NCBI GenBank assembly: GCA_965116885.1
Contig: OZ220741.1
Span: forward strand, 544,001-608,000
Direction: 5' to 3'
DNA length: 64,000 nucleotides
From: Candidatus Latescibacterota bacterium
GTDB taxonomy: Bacteria > Latescibacterota > UBA2968
Notes under the pieces: generated by a model
Seen by the model: the letters and a program-made list of their open reading frames with translations, nothing else
The model's database searches: none
What the model was told of the DNA's origin: nothing
Shown here: positions 19,011 through 28,995 of the stretch, piece after piece
Numbering within the stretch: position 1 is the first letter of the stretch
Layout of the letters: each line of letters opens with the position of its first letter
Position numbers and translations under genes: made by a program

Positions 19011-20372
19011 TCATTGCTCTTGCCACATCCTGGCCCGGGTCATGAAAACTGAGGGATCTTGTCGCCACTCTCCATAGCCGATACGCTGGTCATCCGTTAG
19101 ATAATTGATCTTATCATCGATACATGCAGCCAAATCCGCATCTTCCACACCAAGGGTAAAACCGCCATACTCAACCGCCGCATCCAGCGCCGTCACCACA
19201 AACGCACCACCCGAAGCGTGAACCGCATCGCGGTTGCCGATCTCTCCTCGCGCCAGGGCATCTACCCTACCAGACGCAAGCGCACCGAGTAATTCCTCTT
19301 CCCTCAGATAAACCACCTGCGGCATCGTATCTACAGCCGGGAAAATGCGCTGCCTGCCCTCGAGGTTCGGCGACGCGCCAGCAGCAGTAATAAAATAATC
19401 TGCACTCCCATCGACGACCACCGTGTCCATTTGCGTTTCAACGCGCACACCCTCAGCGAGTACACCATCGGCATTGACCAGACCCGTCAACACCAGCAAA
19501 CGGGCCTCCCCCGTCGTACTCGCCAGCACGCCCACGCGCACATCGCTCGTCAAATCATCGTGACTCGCCCAGCGCGCCCCATCTTCGGCACGCACCAGAA
19601 GCGACTGCCGAAACGCAATATGCCCCGAAGTAAACGTCACCACCTGATTGCCCATCTCATCCCGGGTTCGAGAATCCAGAATCGTAATCCCACCGCCGAC
19701 AACATCGTATTCTGCGTCAGCCGACAGCAGCCAGATATTGGGCCATATATCAATACCCCGCCGAGAAAACGACAACCCCGCACCATCCATCGCTTCGAGA
19801 GCCGTCAACAAATCCGCCTCATAACCCACATGCGTATTAAACCCCGCAGAATTCGGATCGGGATCAGCACTGGAACTAACCGGCGCAAAAAAAGCGAAAA
19901 AACCAAAATTAAGCACGCGATCCGCGCAAGCCGAAGACGGAGACATCACATTCGCCCTCCCTCCAACGGGCAAATTGACCACCACCTCATCACCGGCATT
20001 AATCGGAATACTCGTCCACAACCCAATCACGCTACCACCCTGCGATACACGCGCTTGATAATAACCCGTCGCATCGCCCGCAATCTCCAACCGCGCCCGA
20101 CCCTCTTCATCCGTCATCCCCGACCACGCATACTCTGCCGCCTGACCCGCAATAGAACGCGCAAATTCTACCATTGCACCACTCACCGGCGCATCATCCC
20201 GTCGCACAGACGCCACCACCACAGCCCCCGACGCATTGTCTTGCACCGCCAGCTTACTCAGCGGCTGCCCAACCTGCTCATCCACCGCCATCATCACGCG
20301 CTCGTCGCCACAGTGCCACATCAATCCCGCGACAAGGACCAGCACAAACACACTGCCAAACCTTCTGAACAT
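19011..20372 (-). CDS. Probable lipoprotein: Ig-like domain fused to a polar-amino-acid substrate-binding domain
   Basis: Lipoprotein-like signal (..LMWHC); GYEADLL, GGGITI..SR, VGVLASTTGE, ALASGRVDA are SBP_bac_3-like. Confidence 0.65.
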   Translation of the reverse strand: MFRRFGSVFVLVLVAGLMWHCGDERVMMAVDEQVGQPLSKLAVQDNASGAVVVASVRRDDAPVSGAMVEFARSIAGQAAEYAWSGMTDEEGRARLEIAGDATGYYQARVSQGGSVIGLWTSIPINAGDEVVVNLPVGGRANVMSPSSACADRVLNFGFFAFFAPVSSSADPDPNSAGFNTHVGYEADLLTALEAMDGAGLSFSRRGIDIWPNIWLLSADAEYDVVGGGITILDSRTRDEMGNQVVTFTSGHIAFRQSLLVRAEDGARWASHDDLTSDVRVGVLASTTGEARLLVLTGLVNADGVLAEGVRVETQMDTVVVDGSADYFITAAGASPNLEGRQRIFPAVDTMPQVVYLREEELLGALASGRVDALARGEIGNRDAVHASGGAFVVTALDAAVEYGGFTLGVEDADLAACIDDKINYLTDDQRIGYGEWRQDPSVFMTRARMWQEQ

Positions 20373-20394
20373 AATCCTTATTCCCCCGCTATAT

Positions 20395-20592
20395 TTACTC
20401 ATCTCTCTTGTGCTTCATCCTTTGATAGCGCGTCACCTGATTCTTATTTTTTACAAAAGCAACCACAACGATCACCACAAACACACCAACAGCCAACAGA
20501 CTTCCCACCTCTTTTTTGGGATGATCCATCCACCACGCCAGAGCAATCACCGCCCCAACGGATATGCCAGCCATTACAATCTCGCGTATCAT
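20395..20592 (-). CDS. Small two-TM hypothetical protein
   Basis: Two hydrophobic segments and a basic tail; AAGGGG RBS-like sequence upstream. Confidence 0.45.
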   Translation of the reverse strand: MIREIVMAGISVGAVIALAWWMDHPKKEVGSLLAVGVFVVIVVVAFVKNKNQVTRYQRMKHKRDE

Positions 20593-20769
20593 TTGCTTGC
20601 CCCTTCATAAATGTAATACCCTTCAAACACCCAACACCACGCATCCATCAAAAAATACACCATCGACAAATTCCAGTCCACACAAAAAGACTGACATAGG
20701 CACAGGCACAAGTAACACTATCTTCTTAATGATTTTCTGTGTATCTTAACAAATATTGGTCAGCGATCT

Positions 20770-20853
20770 GACCTCTCCCCCCGGCCCCCTCTCCTGAAAG
20801 GAAAGGGGGAGTGTATAGCGAAGTGGCGCGAGTAACGAACCGGGGGGTAGATC
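20770..20853 (+). repeat. Palindromic intergenic repeat, family 2
   Basis: GACCTCTCCCCCCGGCCCCCTCTCCTGAAAGGAAAGGGGGA...GGGGGGTAGATC resembles 3583-3624. Confidence 0.65.
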
Positions 20854-20888
20854 TGTTCTCACTTCACACTTCTTACTTCACACTTCAC

Positions 20889-22250
20889 ATGCTCTTAACC
20901 ATCACAACCACATACAACCCCGCAACCGACCTGGGCTATCTGTTACACAAACATCCCGGACGCGCACAAACGTTTGACTTGTCTTTTGGTCGCGCACATG
21001 TATTTTATCCCGAAGCCACAGATGAAAAATGCACGGCTGCTCTATTGCTCGACCTCGACACCATTGGCCTCAAACGCCGTCGCCAAAACACCTTTGCACT
21101 TCGCGATTACGTCACCGACCGGCCCTATGTCGCCTCCTCGTTCACCAGCGTAGCCATCGCCCGCGTATATGGCAGCGCGCTCAAAGGCCAGTGCGCCGAC
21201 CGACCCGACCTCGTTACCCGGTCCATCCCCTTGCGCGCAGAAATCCACGTTCTCCCTTGTCGCGGTGGCGACCAGCTACTCAACGACCTGTTTCAGCCAT
21301 TGGGATATAAAGTCACAGCCAAACCGCACCGTCTCGACGAAAAATTCTCAGAATGGGGGTACAGCCCGTATTACACCGTCGCACTCGAAGCAAACATCCC
21401 ACTAAAAAACCTGCTCACCCATCTCTACGTCCTTATCCCCGTACTCGACGACGACAAACACTACTTCGTCAGCCAGTCAGAAATCGACACCCTGATGCGC
21501 CGCGGCGAAGGCTGGTTATCAGACCACCCCAAACGCGACCTCATCATAGACCGATACCTCAGACACCAGCGCATCCTCACCCAGGAAGCCTATCGCCTTA
21601 TGGATGAACAGCCCTTAGAGCGCAACATCAAAGACAACGAACTCGTCGTCGAAAACAACCTCAGGCTGAACCAGCAACGGCACAATGCCGTACTCAAAGA
21701 ACTCGAAATCAGCGGCGCACAACGCGTACTCGACCTCGGCTGCGGTGAAGGTCACTTCACACAAGTCTTGTCAGAACACCCCCAATTTACCAAAATCCTC
21801 GGCCTGGAAGTTTCACACTATGCCTTGAGCCGCGCTCATAAACGCCTTGAGCAACCCATACAGCGCAACCGCGTAGAACTCATTCACGGATCGCTATTCT
21901 ACCGCGACACGCGCCTCGATGGCTATGACGCCGCAGTACTCCTGGAAGTTATCGAACACCTCGACCCATCGCGATTGCCCGTCTTCGAACGCGTCATATT
22001 TGAATATGCCCAACCCAACACCGTCATCATCACCACCCCAAATGCCGACTTCAACGTGCGCTGGGAATCTCTCCCTGCCGGACAATTTCGCCACCCCGAC
22101 CACCGGTTCGAATGGTCGCGCAAACAATTTCAACACTGGACACAAAGCGTCGAAAAAAAATTCAACTACAGTACAACAATCAAACCCATCGGTCCCGTAG
22201 ATCCCAAAGCAGGCCCGCCAACGCAAATGGCCGTATTCAATAAAAAATAA
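20889..22250 (+). CDS. hen1: 3' terminal RNA ribose 2'-O-methyltransferase Hen1
   Basis: MLLTITTT..PATDLGYLLHKHP, YVTDRPYVASS, VLDLGCGEG, EVIEHL, FRHPDHRFEW; directly upstream of pnkp. Confidence 0.95.
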   Translation: MLLTITTTYNPATDLGYLLHKHPGRAQTFDLSFGRAHVFYPEATDEKCTAALLLDLDTIGLKRRRQNTFALRDYVTDRPYVASSFTSVAIARVYGSALKGQCADRPDLVTRSIPLRAEIHVLPCRGGDQLLNDLFQPLGYKVTAKPHRLDEKFSEWGYSPYYTVALEANIPLKNLLTHLYVLIPVLDDDKHYFVSQSEIDTLMRRGEGWLSDHPKRDLIIDRYLRHQRILTQEAYRLMDEQPLERNIKDNELVVENNLRLNQQRHNAVLKELEISGAQRVLDLGCGEGHFTQVLSEHPQFTKILGLEVSHYALSRAHKRLEQPIQRNRVELIHGSLFYRDTRLDGYDAAVLLEVIEHLDPSRLPVFERVIFEYAQPNTVIITTPNADFNVRWESLPAGQFRHPDHRFEWSRKQFQHWTQSVEKKFNYSTTIKPIGPVDPKAGPPTQMAVFNKK

Positions 22251-22253
22251 ACC

Positions 22254-24785
22254 ATGAACATCACAATCCCCGAAATCGCACTCGTCGTCCTTATCGGCGT
22301 ATCTGGCTCTGGCAAATCCACATTTGCCAAAACCCACTTCAAACCGACCGAAGTCCTCTCCTCCGACTATTTCCGCGGACTCATAAGCGACGACGAAACC
22401 GACCAGACCATCACAAAAGAGGCATTTGAAACCCTCCACTACGTGGCCGCCAAACGCCTCGCCAATTACAAACTCACCGTTATCGACGCCACCAGCGTAC
22501 AGGAAAGCGCCCGCAAACCCCTCGTCGCACTGGCCAAACAACATCACGTCTTCCCCATCGCCATCGTCCTCGACATGCCCGAAGACCTCTGCCGCGAGCG
22601 CAACAAACACCGCCCAGACCGCAACTTTGCACATCGCGTCATCGCGCAACAACGCCATCAACTCCGCCGCTCGTTCAAACGCCTCAAACGCGAAGGATTT
22701 CGCCGCATCTACACCCTGCGCTCGGAAAACGAGGTCCAGCGCGCGTGCATCACACGCGAAAAAGTTTGGCCCAACCGCCGCGACGACCACGGGCCCTTTG
22801 ACATCATTGGCGATGTACACGGCTGTTACGACGAACTCCTCGCGCTACTCGACAAACTCGGCTACGACATTCAGCCCAACCACATAACACCACCGCCAGG
22901 GCGCAAAGCCATCTTCCTCGGCGATCTCGTAGATCGCGGTCCCAAAACACCCCAGGTACTCGACCTCGTCATGCAAATGGTCAATTCCGGCGCCGCCCTC
23001 TGCATCCCCGGCAATCACGACACGCGCCTCGTTCGCGCGCTACAGGGCAAAAAGGTCAGACCCACTTATGGTCTTTCCGAAACCCTCGAACAACTCGAAC
23101 TATATCCCACTGAAGACCACAAACGCTATGCAAAATTCCTCGACAACCTCGTCAGCCACTACATACTCGACGACGGCAACCTCATCGTTGCACACGCCGG
23201 AATGAAAGAAGAACTGGCCGGACGCACCTCGGGCACCGTACGCGCCTTCGCACTATACGGCGAAACCACGGGCGAAACCGACGAATATGGCCTGCCCGTC
23301 CGCATCAACTGGGCAGCGCAATACCGCGGCAAAGCCACCGTCGTCTATGGACATACCCCCGTATCCCATCCCGAATGGCTCAACAACACCATCAACATCG
23401 ACACGGGCTGCACCTATGGCGGCGCACTCACTGCCCTGCGCTATCCCGAAAAAGAATGCGTCTCCGTACCCGCGCTCAAAACATATAGCAAACCCGCGCG
23501 CCCTCTTACCTCTAAGACCTCCCGCTCTGCACAGCAAACACACGACGACATGCTCGACATCGACGACGTCAACGGCAAACGCGCTGTAGATACCTTTCTC
23601 ATCCCGCGCATCACCATCCGCGAAGAACACGCCATTGCCGCACTCGAAATCATGAGCCGCTACGCCATCGATCCCAAATGGCTGATCTACCTGCCGCCGA
23701 CCATGTCCCCATCAAAACCCAGTCCGCGTCCCAATATCCTCGAACACCCCGACGAAGCCTATGCCTACTATCGGGAAAACGACATCACCAGGGTCATAGC
23801 CGAAGAAAAACACATGGGATCCCGCGCCATTGTCATCCTGTGCAAAAATGACGATATTGCCCGCACGCGTTTTGGCCTATCCGAACCCGCACCCGGCGCG
23901 TGTTATACCCGAACGGGCCGTTCCTTCTTTGACGACACACGCCTCGAAATCGCATTCCTTAAACGCCTCCAAAACGCCGTCTCCAAAGCCGACCTCTGGA
24001 AAAGCCTCAACACCACCTGGATAGCCCTCGACTGCGAACTCATGCCCTGGTCTGCCCGCGCACAACAACTGTTGCAAGAACAATACGCGGCTGTCGGCGC
24101 ATCTGCCCGCGCATCTCTAAACGCCACCATCGAGGCCCTCAACGCCAACAGCAACATCGACGTCGCCGATTGGCTCGCCAAATACAAAGATCGCTCACAG
24201 CGCATCGACCGCTATATCCACGCGTACCGCGCCTACTGCTGGCCCGTTCACAATCTCACAGACCTCAAACTCGCGCCCTTTCACATCCTCGCCACAGAAG
24301 GAAGCGTTCATCACAATCAGCCCCACACCTATCACATGGAAACCCTCTCAAAACTGTGCACGGCCGATCCCGAACTCTTCCATACCACATCATATCGCAT
24401 CGTCGATCTCAACGACGCGCAAAGTTGTGCCAACACCACTGCCTGGTGGAAAGAAAAAACAGCAGAGGGAAGCGAAGGCATGGTCGTCAAACCCCTGAAT
24501 TTCATCGCGCGGAACAAAAAAGACAGGCTGATTCAGCCCGCCATCAAATGCCGAGGCCGCGAATACCTCCGCATCATCTACGGTCCCGAATACACCACCC
24601 CCGAAAATCTCGAAAAATTGCGCTGGCGCAATGTCAAAACCAAGCAATCCCTCGCCCTGCGCGAATTTGCCCTGGGCCTCGAAGCCCTCAGCCGCTTCGT
24701 TCAAAACGAGCCCCTGCGCCGCATCCACGAATGCGTCTTCGGCGTTCTCGCGCTCGAAACAGAACCCGTGGATCCGCGGCTGTAG
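22254..24785 (+). CDS. pnkp: Polynucleotide kinase-phosphatase-ligase Pnkp
   Basis: P-loop GVSGSGKST; phosphoesterase GDVHG/GDLVDRG/GNHD; ligase EEKHMGSR, EGMVVKP, KCRGREYLRIIYG; ends PVDPRL. Confidence 0.95.
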   Translation: MNITIPEIALVVLIGVSGSGKSTFAKTHFKPTEVLSSDYFRGLISDDETDQTITKEAFETLHYVAAKRLANYKLTVIDATSVQESARKPLVALAKQHHVFPIAIVLDMPEDLCRERNKHRPDRNFAHRVIAQQRHQLRRSFKRLKREGFRRIYTLRSENEVQRACITREKVWPNRRDDHGPFDIIGDVHGCYDELLALLDKLGYDIQPNHITPPPGRKAIFLGDLVDRGPKTPQVLDLVMQMVNSGAALCIPGNHDTRLVRALQGKKVRPTYGLSETLEQLELYPTEDHKRYAKFLDNLVSHYILDDGNLIVAHAGMKEELAGRTSGTVRAFALYGETTGETDEYGLPVRINWAAQYRGKATVVYGHTPVSHPEWLNNTINIDTGCTYGGALTALRYPEKECVSVPALKTYSKPARPLTSKTSRSAQQTHDDMLDIDDVNGKRAVDTFLIPRITIREEHAIAALEIMSRYAIDPKWLIYLPPTMSPSKPSPRPNILEHPDEAYAYYRENDITRVIAEEKHMGSRAIVILCKNDDIARTRFGLSEPAPGACYTRTGRSFFDDTRLEIAFLKRLQNAVSKADLWKSLNTTWIALDCELMPWSARAQQLLQEQYAAVGASARASLNATIEALNANSNIDVADWLAKYKDRSQRIDRYIHAYRAYCWPVHNLTDLKLAPFHILATEGSVHHNQPHTYHMETLSKLCTADPELFHTTSYRIVDLNDAQSCANTTAWWKEKTAEGSEGMVVKPLNFIARNKKDRLIQPAIKCRGREYLRIIYGPEYTTPENLEKLRWRNVKTKQSLALREFALGLEALSRFVQNEPLRRIHECVFGVLALETEPVDPRL

Positions 24786-24803
24786 TCAGGAAGGAGTGTT
24801 GCC

Positions 24804-25958
24804 ATGTTTTTAAAAAAAGGAATCCTGTTTAGTATCGCCCTTGCATTACTGGCCTTTGTGAGTCAAGCCTCTGCCGGTCCCAATGCAAATGCAACATTAT
24901 CGCTTGATCTCATTCCCGATGGGGGGCCAGGCAATCAAACAGATGAGGGTGTGACCTCAGGCACAGTCTCTGGGCAGGGCACAAAAATTGCCGTTGAAAT
25001 CTTCGCAAAAGGTGTAACCACACCTCTCGCCGGGGTGATAGTCATATTTGACTTTGATCCTGCTATTTTAACGTTTGACAAAGCCGAGAACAGTGCATTT
25101 CAATTTCCTGTTCCAGAACCAGACTCGACTGGCACAAACTTCGCCACACATCCCCCTGTCACCTTGCCGGAATCCGGTTTTCTGGCACGCGCTGAATTTA
25201 CCACTGCAATGGATGTAACGGATAAGACATTTACCCTTGGCATTAAAATGGTTTCACTTGCTCAAAGCGTAGCAGTAATCGACGAAATCACAACGACAAA
25301 TGTCATATCGTTTAACGAGCCTGTAATCGACGAATTTAAAGGCCTGCAACTCCACCTCGACACACAAATTGAAACGCCCACTACACAGAACAACAAGCTG
25401 ATCATTCCCGAACAAACAGCTGGCGATACAATACAATTTCAACTATTTATTCCAATGGCCGCAGGCAAACAAACTTATGGTTACGAAATAGAACTCGACC
25501 TGCCCGGCAAGACGTTTTCCGACTACATCGGCAGCATATCGGGCACGAGCTTTACGGACGCACCTCTGCGCCAAACACCGGATCGCCCTATCCTGTCCGC
25601 ACTGCTCATCTCTACTCCTGCTGTGCCTGAAAATGGTTATATCGGCCAGATTGACTTGCAAGTGACCAATACCCTTGAAGTGGAGACAACGCTCATTGTC
25701 AAAACCGCTTCAATGGCCGGTCTCAGTGGACAACAGGACTCATTGGATGTGTCCAACGCCGTGATCACTGTTACTATCATTTCCGGCGATTTCGATGGCG
25801 ACCTCGACGTTGACTTTGCCGATTTTCTCGCCTTTACCGGCGTTTTTGGATTATCGTCATCAGATGCAAATTACGATGCCCGTATGGATATGAACGATGA
25901 TGGTGTTATTAACTTTGCCGATTTTCTCATCTTTGTTGACGTTTTTGGCACCACGTAA
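24804..25958 (+). CDS. Secreted protein with two cohesin-like beta domains and a C-terminal dockerin/EF-hand-like pair
   Basis: Signal peptide; GDFDGDLDVDFADFLAF...DMNDDGVINFADFLIF. Confidence 0.7.
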   Translation: MFLKKGILFSIALALLAFVSQASAGPNANATLSLDLIPDGGPGNQTDEGVTSGTVSGQGTKIAVEIFAKGVTTPLAGVIVIFDFDPAILTFDKAENSAFQFPVPEPDSTGTNFATHPPVTLPESGFLARAEFTTAMDVTDKTFTLGIKMVSLAQSVAVIDEITTTNVISFNEPVIDEFKGLQLHLDTQIETPTTQNNKLIIPEQTAGDTIQFQLFIPMAAGKQTYGYEIELDLPGKTFSDYIGSISGTSFTDAPLRQTPDRPILSALLISTPAVPENGYIGQIDLQVTNTLEVETTLIVKTASMAGLSGQQDSLDVSNAVITVTIISGDFDGDLDVDFADFLAFTGVFGLSSSDANYDARMDMNDDGVINFADFLIFVDVFGTT

Positions 25959-26029
25959 ATAGACGAAGTCCGATTTCTTGCGATCAACTTAAACCATCGA
26001 GCTACGGCTCGCTACAAAAAGGAGCTCTC

Positions 26030-27319
26030 ATGCCAGATCGTCCCAATATCCTCTTCATCATCACCGACCAGCAATACGCCGGGGCCATGTCCTGCGCGGG
26101 CAACCCCGATGTACACACCCCCAATATGGACAGCCTCGCCGAAACCGGCGTGCGCTTCACCCGCGCCTATTGCACGCATCCCCTGTGCGGTCCCCAGCGC
26201 GCCAGCTATATGACGGGCCTCTATCCCCATCAAAACGGCGCAACGAGCAACGGCACCCCGATCAAAGCCGAATACAAAGGCCAAACCCTCAGCAACTTTC
26301 TCAAAAACGCGAACTACGATTGCGCCCTCTCCGGCAAATGGCATGTCCCGGGCACCACACCCGAAGAAAGCGGCCTCGAAGTCATCTGCGGCAACCGCGA
26401 CGACGAAGTGCCCCTTCGCGCCATCGAATTTATGAAACGCGACCGCGACAACCCCTTCTTCCTCATCGCGTCATTCCTCAACCCCCACGACATCTGTCAG
26501 GTCGCCCGCAGTCAGCCGCTCCCCCAAGGTCCTGTGCCAGAACCAGCAACCGTAGAAGAATGCCCGAACCTGCCCGCGAACTTCGCCATCCCGCCCTATT
26601 CACCCGACATCCTGCAAATGCTGCGCCAGGCCAACCGCCGCGTCTATCCCACCATCGAATACACCGAAGACGATTGGCGACAACTCCGCTTCCTCTATTA
26701 CCGCCTGTGCGAAAAAGTCGATGCCGAAATCGGCGTCCTCCTCAACGGCTTGCGCGACCTGGACCTCGAAGAAGATACGTATATCGTCTTCACCTCAGAT
26801 CACGGCGACGGACACGGCGCACACAACTGGAATCAAAAAACCAGCCTCTACGAAGAAGTCATCAACATCCCATTCATCATCAGCCACAAAGGCGTCACGC
26901 AACCCGGCGGCGTCAACGACACGCATCTCGTCTCCCTCGGCCTCGACCTGTTGCCCACCTTATGCGACATCGGCGGTGCGAACACTCCCGATGGCCTCGA
27001 CGGATTGAGCCTGCGGTCTCTCGCAGAAGGCAACACAGCCGGTGAATGGCGCGACGACCTCGTCGTTGAAACCATCATCGACCTCGGTTCTGGTCCAGGC
27101 GGCAGCGGTGCTTCGCGCGCCGTCCTCACCGACCGCTACAAATACAGTGCCTTTCCCATGGGCCGCAACCGCGAACAACTCATCGACCTCCAGGACGACC
27201 CCGGCGAAATGGTCAACCTCGCCGTCAACGCGCGCTTCAAAAATGAACTCGACGACCACCGCCGCCGCCTGCGCGACTGGTGCGAAAAAACAAATGATAG
27301 GTCTTTTACAGGTGTATAG
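26030..27319 (+). CDS. Sulfatase
   Basis: PNILFIITDQ, CGPQRAS, GKWH, SDHG. Confidence 0.93.
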   Translation: MPDRPNILFIITDQQYAGAMSCAGNPDVHTPNMDSLAETGVRFTRAYCTHPLCGPQRASYMTGLYPHQNGATSNGTPIKAEYKGQTLSNFLKNANYDCALSGKWHVPGTTPEESGLEVICGNRDDEVPLRAIEFMKRDRDNPFFLIASFLNPHDICQVARSQPLPQGPVPEPATVEECPNLPANFAIPPYSPDILQMLRQANRRVYPTIEYTEDDWRQLRFLYYRLCEKVDAEIGVLLNGLRDLDLEEDTYIVFTSDHGDGHGAHNWNQKTSLYEEVINIPFIISHKGVTQPGGVNDTHLVSLGLDLLPTLCDIGGANTPDGLDGLSLRSLAEGNTAGEWRDDLVVETIIDLGSGPGGSGASRAVLTDRYKYSAFPMGRNREQLIDLQDDPGEMVNLAVNARFKNELDDHRRRLRDWCEKTNDRSFTGV

Positions 27320-27358
27320 TTTTACCGCTTAAATCTTTACCTTAACAGGAGTTCCAAA

Positions 27359-28120
27359 ATGGCTGAAAACCTGCTCAAGAACAAACTCTCCAATGGCGAC
27401 GTTGCCATCGGGCCTTTCGTCAACCTCAGCTCTGGTGCGCTCATCGAAATCGCGGCATACAGCGGATTTGACTTTGTCATCCTCGACACCGAACACGGGC
27501 CGCTCGACATACCCACCTGCGAAGACCTCTGCCGCGTTGCACACGGCGTCGATATCACACCCATAGTCAGAGTGCGAGAAAATGACCCCGCACAAATCCT
27601 GCGCGCCCTCGACATCGGCGCTGGCGGCGTACAGGTACCGCAAATCTGCAACAAAGCCGATGCCGAAGCCGTAGTACGAGCCGCCAAATATTCACCGCTG
27701 GGCATGCGGGGCGTCTCGCCCTATACCCGGGCAGCCCGTTATTTTGCAGATGGTGGCGCCATCTTTGAACGCCTCAATGCCTCATCGATGATACTCATCC
27801 ACATCGAAGGCGTGGAAGGCCTTGAAAACCTCGAAGAAATCATCTCCGTTCCAGGTCTCGACGTCATCTTCCTGGGACCTTATGACCTGTCGCAATCTCT
27901 CGGCATACCCGGTCAGGTCAACGACCCGCGCGTGGTTGACCGAATGCGCGAAGCCGCAAACTTAATCAACGACGCCGGACTCACCGTCGGCACATTTGCC
28001 GACTCCCCCGAAGCCGCCAACCGCTGGATTGACGCGGGCGTGGGCTACATCTCGCTCTCCGTTGACACGGGCATCTACCTCTACGGCTGCCGCCACATCC
28101 TTCGTGAAATCCGCACCTGA
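27359..28120 (+). CDS. HpcH/HpaI aldolase family protein
   Basis: GFDFVILDTEHG, ALDIGAGG, YSPLGMRG, FLGPYDLS. Confidence 0.92.
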   Translation: MAENLLKNKLSNGDVAIGPFVNLSSGALIEIAAYSGFDFVILDTEHGPLDIPTCEDLCRVAHGVDITPIVRVRENDPAQILRALDIGAGGVQVPQICNKADAEAVVRAAKYSPLGMRGVSPYTRAARYFADGGAIFERLNASSMILIHIEGVEGLENLEEIISVPGLDVIFLGPYDLSQSLGIPGQVNDPRVVDRMREAANLINDAGLTVGTFADSPEAANRWIDAGVGYISLSVDTGIYLYGCRHILREIRT

Positions 28121-28142
28121 TCCATCATCGCAAAAAAAGAAT

Positions 28143-28168
28143 AAGGAGATACCATCCGGTATCTCCAT
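28143..28168. terminator. Terminator-like hairpin; related copies at 28834-28863 and 44445-44478
   Basis: GGAGATACC-atcc-GGTATCTCC versus GGAGACACC-atct-GGTATCTCC. Confidence 0.6.
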
Positions 28169-28212
28169 ACACATCAAGCTAAGGGGTGAAAAAGAGATAG
28201 TCAGCAATTTAT

Positions 28213-28275
28213 AAAAAAAGACAGTCAAGGGGAGACCTTGCTCCCGCGGTCCAATAGGTCAGACCTCTCGACTGT
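28213..28275 (-). ncRNA. Candidate three-way-junction small RNA
   Basis: Minus strand: ACAGTCGAG/CTTGACTGT, GGTCTGA/TTGGACC and GGGAG/CTCCC stems, then a T7 run; TAAAAT lies 7 nt upstream. Confidence 0.45.
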
Positions 28276-28343
28276 GCTGACAATTTTACTCAAAATCTAT
28301 GTTCAATTCCCGTTTTCCAACGGGAAGGGCTTAGGAAAATTGC

Positions 28344-28694
28344 TTAACCCTTGATGTAGGTCATAAAACTGAGGATAATAACCGCGACTGCAATGAGCAA
28401 AGACAACCATTTTATGGTTTGCCCTTCGACGCGGTTAATATCGCTTTTTAAATTGGTCTCTACGCGGTTAATATCGCTTTTTAAGGTACTTTCCAGGCGA
28501 TTAAAGCCCGCGTTCATCTGGGTGATCAGTTGCTCAAAACGGTTGATCGTCTGATCTTCTATACGGTTAATATCTTTTGTGTTCTGTTCGGTCTGGTCGT
28601 CAAGCCCAACCCCATTTTTTTCAATATTAATTAACCGCTGGTCTTGTTCGGCCACTTTCTTTTCAAGCCGTGCTATCTTCTCGGAATCTGTCAT
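28344..28694 (-). CDS. Small coiled-coil protein with a C-terminal TM helix (DUF1640/CCDC90-like)
   Basis: 11-aa repeat LKSDINRVE twice (33-bp DNA repeat), then IKWLSLLIAVAVII. Confidence 0.7.
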   Translation of the reverse strand: MTDSEKIARLEKKVAEQDQRLINIEKNGVGLDDQTEQNTKDINRIEDQTINRFEQLITQMNAGFNRLESTLKSDINRVETNLKSDINRVEGQTIKWLSLLIAVAVIILSFMTYIKG

Positions 28695-28995
28695 GACAAT
28701 TTATCTTCCCTTTTTGTTTTGATACCCCTGATTTGACCACCCATACAGGTTAGACCTCTTGACTATGTGATAATTTTACTCAAAATCTACATGCAAATCA
28801 AGGGCGATTGCAATAAATATTTGGAAATGCAAAAAGGAGACACCATCTGGTATCTCCTATTTTTATTTATTCTGCATGGACGACTTCGGCGTCACGCCAG
28901 GAGTAACAGATAAATATCATGCGTCACCATCTTCCGTTTGATGATGCTTGTGAACCAGGTAGTAACCGTCCATCGCAACGACCAGTGCGTTCATC

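Noticed and set aside
19431..20699. Long antisense or alternate-frame ORFs (also 49853..50977, 21894..22820, 26170..27045)
   Set aside because: Biased compositions typical of shadow frames over real genes.
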